Below are positions 54,641 to 59,229 of a stretch of 59,229 nucleotides of DNA, in pieces. The first letter of the stretch is position 1. Every line of letters starts with the position of its first letter. A program made the position numbers and the translations under genes. The notes under the pieces are model-generated. The model searched no databases. It was given only the letters and a program-made list of their open reading frames with translations, and was not told where the DNA came from. The stretch covers positions 1-59,229 of IMG/VR virus record IMGVR_UViG_3300043502_000004; one strand, written 5' to 3'. The DNA is from a virus. Its lineage: Duplodnaviria > Caudoviricetes.

Positions 54641-55447
54641 ATGAGGCACGTCCGCATCGACGACGTCATCGTTGCACGCAGCGATGCCGCCGCAGCGGAG
54701 CCACTGCCTGCGGGGCTGCCCAGGAAGGCGTACACCGAAGTCATCATCGTCCGGGACGACATGGTCCTGATCGATGGGCTCCGACGTCTGCTGTGGCACC
54801 GGGCGCAGGGACACGAGGTTGTCCCTGCCGTCGTTGTCAGCACGTTCCTGGAGGCAATGGAGCAGCTCGGTCCGCAGCACGCGAACCGACACGAGCGCAT
54901 CACCGCCATCCGGACCTGGAACATCATCAGCGTCCTGTTGGACTACGCCCGCATCTGGGGCCGACAAAAGGCCAGTGGGGGCTGGATCGAGGGGCCAGAT
55001 GGCACCAAGATCCATGTTGCCGGTGGAGACCCGAGAAACAGCATGCGTAAGCGGCTGGCAGTCAACCTGCACGTTCCGGAAAACAAGATTCAAGCAGCTA
55101 TGTTCCTGTACAAGCGGGTCGACGCTGGCGACGAGGTTGCCCAGGCACTGGCGGTCCGCGTGGAAGCCGGAGAGTTCGGCGCCATCCACGCCACCCGCCT
55201 GTACCGAACCCCGCACAACCTGACCGGCAACGTCACCGTCAAAGCCGAGCAGCGCATCATCCTGGAACGAGGGACCGAAGCGTTCGAGGCGCAAGTGAAC
55301 AGTCTGTCCAAGCTAGGACACCCCCTCGTGGTGCCTACAGAGGAACTTCGCGAGGCCGTCGACCGGCTCGTGAAGGCACGCGGCCAACTGAGCACCCTGC
55401 TCTCTGGCTTCCGCTCCATCCTGAAAGAAAGAGAGACCAATGGCTAG
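54641..55447 (+). CDS. ParB N-terminal-like domain protein
   Basis: IIV..D.VLIDGLRRL; SD GGAGG. Confidence 0.65.
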   Translation: MRHVRIDDVIVARSDAAAAEPLPAGLPRKAYTEVIIVRDDMVLIDGLRRLLWHRAQGHEVVPAVVVSTFLEAMEQLGPQHANRHERITAIRTWNIISVLLDYARIWGRQKASGGWIEGPDGTKIHVAGGDPRNSMRKRLAVNLHVPENKIQAAMFLYKRVDAGDEVAQALAVRVEAGEFGAIHATRLYRTPHNLTGNVTVKAEQRIILERGTEAFEAQVNSLSKLGHPLVVPTEELREAVDRLVKARGQLSTLLSGFRSILKERETNG

Positions 55448-56309
55448 TACCAAGACCCCCGCGTTCGTCGAGCCGCAGGCCGGCGACGAAGACTTCGCCC
55501 TCCCGGTCTTCGACCTGGGCCGCAGTGAGGTTCGCATGGTCCCCGTCTCCAAGCTGGAGATCGACCCGAAGATGCAGCGAGACCACCTCGACGTGCGCAA
55601 GATTGAGCGGATCCTGCGCGACTACAACCCGGACGCGCTGGGCATCATCACCGCCTCTGAGCGCAACGCAGCGGAGACCGTCATCCTGGACGGCGCCCAC
55701 CGCCACCGCGCCACTGTGGAGAACACGGAAGGCCAGGGCACGCTCCTGACCCGCGTCTTCAAAGGCCTCACCCGCCGGGAAGAGGCAGTGCTGTTCCTGC
55801 TGCTCAACTCCGGTAATCAGCCCAACCTGCTGGACAAGTTCCGGATCAACCTGGTGGCTGAGGACCCGGTGGCGGTGGGGATCGACAACATCGTCAAGCA
55901 GTTCGGTCTGGGCATCGGCCCGGCCAACCTCGACAACCAGCTCCAGTGCGTCGGCGCCCTGCGTCGGGTCTACATGCTCTCCCTGAAGGGTGAGTACGAC
56001 CCGAACCTGCTCGACCTGAGCCTTCGCGCCCTCATCAACGCGTGGGGCCGGGACAGCCAGGCAACACAGGCCGTCATGGTCGAGGGCATGGCCCTCTTCC
56101 TGGCCAAGAACATGGCCAACGTGGACTACGCCCGCGTCTGGACCAAGCTCAAGGAGTACTCCGGTGGGGCGCAGGGCCTGCACGCCAAGGCTCGGGCCAA
56201 TGCCGCCAACCGCGGCATGCGGATGCCACACTCAGTGGCCGACCTGATCACCGACGCCTACAACAAGGGCCTCAACAGCCGCAAGATGCCGGTGTGGGTC
56301 GGTAGGTGA
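55440..56309 (+). CDS. ParB-like (DUF6551-type) protein
   Basis: L.ID..MQR, I...Y.P..LG.I..S.R, ILDGAHR, EEA.LF..LN. Confidence 0.75.
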   Translation: MASTKTPAFVEPQAGDEDFALPVFDLGRSEVRMVPVSKLEIDPKMQRDHLDVRKIERILRDYNPDALGIITASERNAAETVILDGAHRHRATVENTEGQGTLLTRVFKGLTRREEAVLFLLLNSGNQPNLLDKFRINLVAEDPVAVGIDNIVKQFGLGIGPANLDNQLQCVGALRRVYMLSLKGEYDPNLLDLSLRALINAWGRDSQATQAVMVEGMALFLAKNMANVDYARVWTKLKEYSGGAQGLHAKARANAANRGMRMPHSVADLITDAYNKGLNSRKMPVWVGR

Positions 56310-56545
56310 CACGAGGCAAGAGGATGAGTCCGGTGCACTTTCACGTGTGCCGGCTCATCCTCAAGCTCGACCTGATCCCGCGCTACGGCCGGGTGATCAG
56401 GCTACGACCCCTACCCGAGGTCACCCAGTGGCGCTACATGCGGTATGGCTTCTGGGGGTTCTACCTCCTGGACCGGCTCAACTGGCTGGGACTGTACGAG
56501 CTGGAGTCGGAGTATCGGCACGCAGTGAAGGAGAGCAATGGTTAG
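56306..56545 (+). CDS. hypothetical protein
   Basis: Coupled on both sides. Confidence 0.5.
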   Translation: MTRGKRMSPVHFHVCRLILKLDLIPRYGRVIRLRPLPEVTQWRYMRYGFWGFYLLDRLNWLGLYELESEYRHAVKESNG

Positions 56546-57113
56546 ACTCGTAACGGCTGTGCTGGTGGCAGCCCTGGCCGTCATGTCCGGGCCCACCGCC
56601 TGCGACAAGTACGACGTCTCCGCCGGATCGTCAGGCGGAGACTCGGCCGGGAGCAACCAGCCGGCGGCACAGTGTGTCCTCGGCGAGGTGCAGATGAACC
56701 CGGTCGCCTACCAGGCGACCGCGCCCGAGGTCTACAACTACGCCATCTTCGTTGAGGTTGAGGACGCAGACTGTGGCTCGATGAAGTTCAAGGACCAGAT
56801 GGCCATTGACCGGGTGGGTTCGTACGGGAAGCCAGAGAAGTTCATGGTCTTCGATGACGGGAAGTCTGGGGTCATCTACCACACCTCCCCGTACAAGACC
56901 GGGGGCATCATCGAGAAGTCGATACCGCATCACCTGAGCGTGGAGGCTAGCGTCGTCGTGACGCCGGCCATGCTGAAGGCTGGTGCCGCCTGGTTGACCT
57001 GTCGCGTTGAGCGCAACGGCACCCTGGTGGCGGGGCTCGGACAGGTAGGTCTGGCCAGAGTCGCCATCACCGGGGTCGGTATGCACACCGTGGTGTGCGT
57101 GGTACTGACCTAG
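56538..57113 (+). CDS. putative lipoprotein
   Basis: Signal with TAC lipobox-like end; LTCRVERNG C-terminal motif. Confidence 0.7.
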   Translation: MVRLVTAVLVAALAVMSGPTACDKYDVSAGSSGGDSAGSNQPAAQCVLGEVQMNPVAYQATAPEVYNYAIFVEVEDADCGSMKFKDQMAIDRVGSYGKPEKFMVFDDGKSGVIYHTSPYKTGGIIEKSIPHHLSVEASVVVTPAMLKAGAAWLTCRVERNGTLVAGLGQVGLARVAITGVGMHTVVCVVLT

Positions 57114-57117
57114 AACG

Positions 57118-57155
57118 AAAGAAGGCCCCAGGACCGTAGTCCTGGGGCCTTCTTT
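57118..57155. terminator. bidirectional terminator between convergent genes
   Basis: AAAGAAGGCCCCAGGA/TCCTGGGGCCTTCTTT. Confidence 0.88.
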
Positions 57156-57159
57156 GTGC

Positions 57160-57849
57160 TCAGGCAATTGCCAGCTCGGGCTCCGCAACCGGCTTCGGTC
57201 GCAGCTCACCGAGGACCGTGTAAACGTAGTTCACGCTCACGTTAGCCTTGGCAGCCAGCTCCTTGGCACTGATGCCAGGGAACATGGCGTACATCTGAGC
57301 CACGCGCGCCTTGCCGCTGGCCTTGGCGTCCGGAGCCTTAGGCTCGGACTTCGGCAGCTTCAGCACAGTCCCAGCGATCTGGGCCTCCTTGGCGAGGATG
57401 GCGTCCTTCAGCTCCAGCAGCGTGATCGAGCCGACGATCATGAGAGCGTCGATTGAGGCTGGCAGCAGGAATGCAGCCAGCTGATCCCCGCCGGTGTGGT
57501 CGAAGATCGCGTCACGCTGGTGGAAGTAGGACAGTGCCGCCATGATCCCGGAGATGAAGGTCGTAGCAATCGGTCGACCCCAACGCTTGGGGTGGAACCA
57601 CTTGTACTGACTCTGCATCGGCGCCCGGGAAACCAGTTCGAAGGCGAGGAACAGGATGGTCGGCGGCATCAGCGCGATGATGATGCCGACGACATCTTTC
57701 TGGGCGTGCAGGACGTTGCCGAGGGCCGAGGCGACGAATCCGAAGATCATGACTCCGCGGGCCAGGTGCGAGATCCAGATGTACTCCTTGAGCTTCTTCT
57801 CCAGGGGGGACAGCTCAGCTTTCCCGCCCCGGCTCTTGATACCTGCCAT
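57160..57849 (-). CDS. DUF2637-like membrane protein with C-terminal HTH
   Basis: S..GNVLHA, LSY.H, LP.SIDAL, ELAAKANVS..YV; SD AGGAGG. Confidence 0.75.
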   Translation of the reverse strand: MAGIKSRGGKAELSPLEKKLKEYIWISHLARGVMIFGFVASALGNVLHAQKDVVGIIIALMPPTILFLAFELVSRAPMQSQYKWFHPKRWGRPIATTFISGIMAALSYFHQRDAIFDHTGGDQLAAFLLPASIDALMIVGSITLLELKDAILAKEAQIAGTVLKLPKSEPKAPDAKASGKARVAQMYAMFPGISAKELAAKANVSVNYVYTVLGELRPKPVAEPELAIA

Positions 57850-57953
57850 GGTTCCTCCTGGTGTGGTGAAGCCCCGCGGGTCGGTCCCGCGGGGCTCGTA
57901 AAAAGGATTGGGCTGGGGCGACACTCTCTCGGTGTCCGCTCGCCAGTGATTGA

Positions 57954-57982
57954 ACCATACCCCCGGGGGCGGGGGGTGTCAA
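57954..57982 (-). promoter_or_regulatory. promoter with CCCCGGGG in spacer
   Basis: TTGACA-17 nt-TATGGT. Confidence 0.85.
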
Positions 57983-57990
57983 GTCTTTGG

Positions 57991-58028
57991 AAAAGAAAAA
58001 TCCCCCGGTCCTGTGACCAGGGGATTCT
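57991..58028 (-). terminator. intrinsic terminator
   Basis: AATCCCCTGGTC/GACCGGGGGATT plus T run on the - strand. Confidence 0.75.
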
Positions 58029-58103
58029 CTGCCAACTGCCCCAGGGTTGACGGTGGTGAGCGGCCCCACCTCGGGCACATCCAGCCTAGCTCCAACCCGA
58101 CCC

Positions 58104-58487
58104 CTACTGGATCGCCCACAGGAACGAACGCGCCCAGTTGTCGATCCCGGGACTGAACGAAGGGATGTGGTAATCCCCGCCGTTCCAACCGCCGTTCATG
58201 CCGGTGCACCAGGTGCCGTTGAAGAACTTCACCCGGCCTGGAATGGTGTGGATGATGACCGACGACATGGTCTGATCAAACGAACCTTGCATCGGGACGC
58301 ACTGACCCTTGTAGGGGTTGGCCGACCAGGAGTAGGTGGAGCCGGTGTAGTTGGCGCCCGTGTAGACGCAGACCGTCTCGCCAGGACAGGCAAGACCTGA
58401 AGCCTGGGTCGGTGACGCCATGGCCACCGCCCCGAAGAAGCCTGTGACCATGACGGCCACAGTGACAGCGATCTTCTTGAACTTCAT
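58104..58487 (-). CDS. secreted peptidase inhibitor family I36-like protein
   Basis: Signal peptide; CPGETVCVYTGANYTG...DQTMSSV...FFNGTWCTG...DNWARSF. Confidence 0.8.
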   Translation of the reverse strand: MKFKKIAVTVAVMVTGFFGAVAMASPTQASGLACPGETVCVYTGANYTGSTYSWSANPYKGQCVPMQGSFDQTMSSVIIHTIPGRVKFFNGTWCTGMNGGWNGGDYHIPSFSPGIDNWARSFLWAIQ

Positions 58488-58502
58488 TCACATTCCCTCT
58501 CG

Positions 58503-59229
58503 TTAGCCCCAGAGCATCCCGCAGTGGCAGCGATGTACCGGTGAGTGCTGCTTGCCGGGCTGGGTCATCAGCTCGCACGCGTGCTTCGATGAGGCCGCCA
58601 TGCAACGCACCAGGGGTGTTGGCTCCGGCGTGACCGTCCCCGTGATGGTCTCTCCGGTCATCTTCACCCAGGACAGGTTCCAGCCCTCACCCTCAGGCTT
58701 CTTGGGAATCCTGGGCTCGGCCCTCTTCGGCCTGGCCGCCAGTGCACCCTCGGCCGCCAGGGCGCGGGTCAGTAGCTCGTCCCGCTTTGCCATCGAGGCA
58801 TTCAGGGCGCTTCGCAAGGATTCGACGAGGTCAGCCTGCCTCCCGCGCTCCTTCTCGGCCTCCTGTCGGCGCAGACGCTCGTCGATCACCTCACCCTCGG
58901 CGAGGGCCAGGTCGTTCTCCACGTTGCGTACCTCGGCAACTAGCCGCTCGTTCTCCTCGAACACCTTCCAGGTGGCCGTGGTGGTGTGCTTCTTCGTCTC
59001 CTCCAGCTCGGCACGGACCTTGGACAGCTCCAGCTCCAGTGTCCGGGTGTGCAGCGTGCTCCTCTGGACCAGGTCGACCTTCAGTCGGCTCAGCTCCTCC
59101 TGGAGCTTCTGGTTGCTGGTCATCAAGGCGCGGATGGTGGCCTCCTGCTCCCGGTTGCGCATCGTGAGCCGGTTAATGTCCGCGGTCCGCTCGGCCAGGA
59201 TCTCATCCCGCGCGGCGATGCTCGACTCC
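58503..59229 (-). CDS. coiled-coil protein with C-terminal Cys/His motif (5' end outside window)
   Basis: Frame stays open to the window end (ESSIAARDEILAERTADINRLTM...); C...H....H.C.C. Confidence 0.7.
   Translation of the reverse strand, partial: ESSIAARDEILAERTADINRLTMRNREQEATIRALMTSNQKLQEELSRLKVDLVQRSTLHTRTLELELSKVRAELEETKKHTTTATWKVFEENERLVAEVRNVENDLALAEGEVIDERLRRQEAEKERGRQADLVESLRSALNASMAKRDELLTRALAAEGALAARPKRAEPRIPKKPEGEGWNLSWVKMTGETITGTVTPEPTPLVRCMAASSKHACELMTQPGKQHSPVHRCHCGMLWG

Noticed and set aside
1-59229. Genome-wide TAG reassignment implied by the CUA tRNA
   Set aside because: Core genes are intact in the standard code, and TAG ends genes at sensible positions, often before terminators or SD sites
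59163-59229. Window is a complete circular genome
   Set aside because: The last ORF is open at the edge, and joining to base 1 gives an immediate stop; no terminal repeat noticed

Overview
GC-rich, gene-dense segment covering most of an actinobacteriophage genome (siphovirus-type tail genes; the lysin style suggests a Micromonosporaceae/Streptomyces-like host, by inference). There are three blocks. (1) 1-14.4 kb: many short + strand accessory genes (HAD protein, XRE HTH, LAGLIDADG-like protein, SPFH lipoprotein, RusA, secreted I36-like proteins) and tRNA-like genes. (2) 14.5-49 kb: a - strand virion operon (terminase, portal, MuF-like protein, protease, a 2125-aa internal protein, two capsid proteins, tail genes), followed by a six-enzyme glycan cluster and lysis genes. 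(3) 49-59 kb: tRNAs and replication genes (Cas4-like nuclease, SSB-like protein, primase-helicase, two ParB-like proteins). No integrase or DNA polymerase is visible, and the last ORF runs off the window. The most unusual signal is a set of non-canonical tRNA-like RNAs: one whose anticodon loop is replaced by an 84-nt structured domain, a stand-alone amber (CUA) tRNA, and two with distorted anticodon arms. Also notable are the glycosylation cluster, the giant protein with a degenerate ADP-ribosyltransferase and repeated DNA-binding modules, a CCCCGGGG operator-like motif inside several promoters, and a candidate -2 frameshift. All calls come from reading the sequence by eye; no searches were run.
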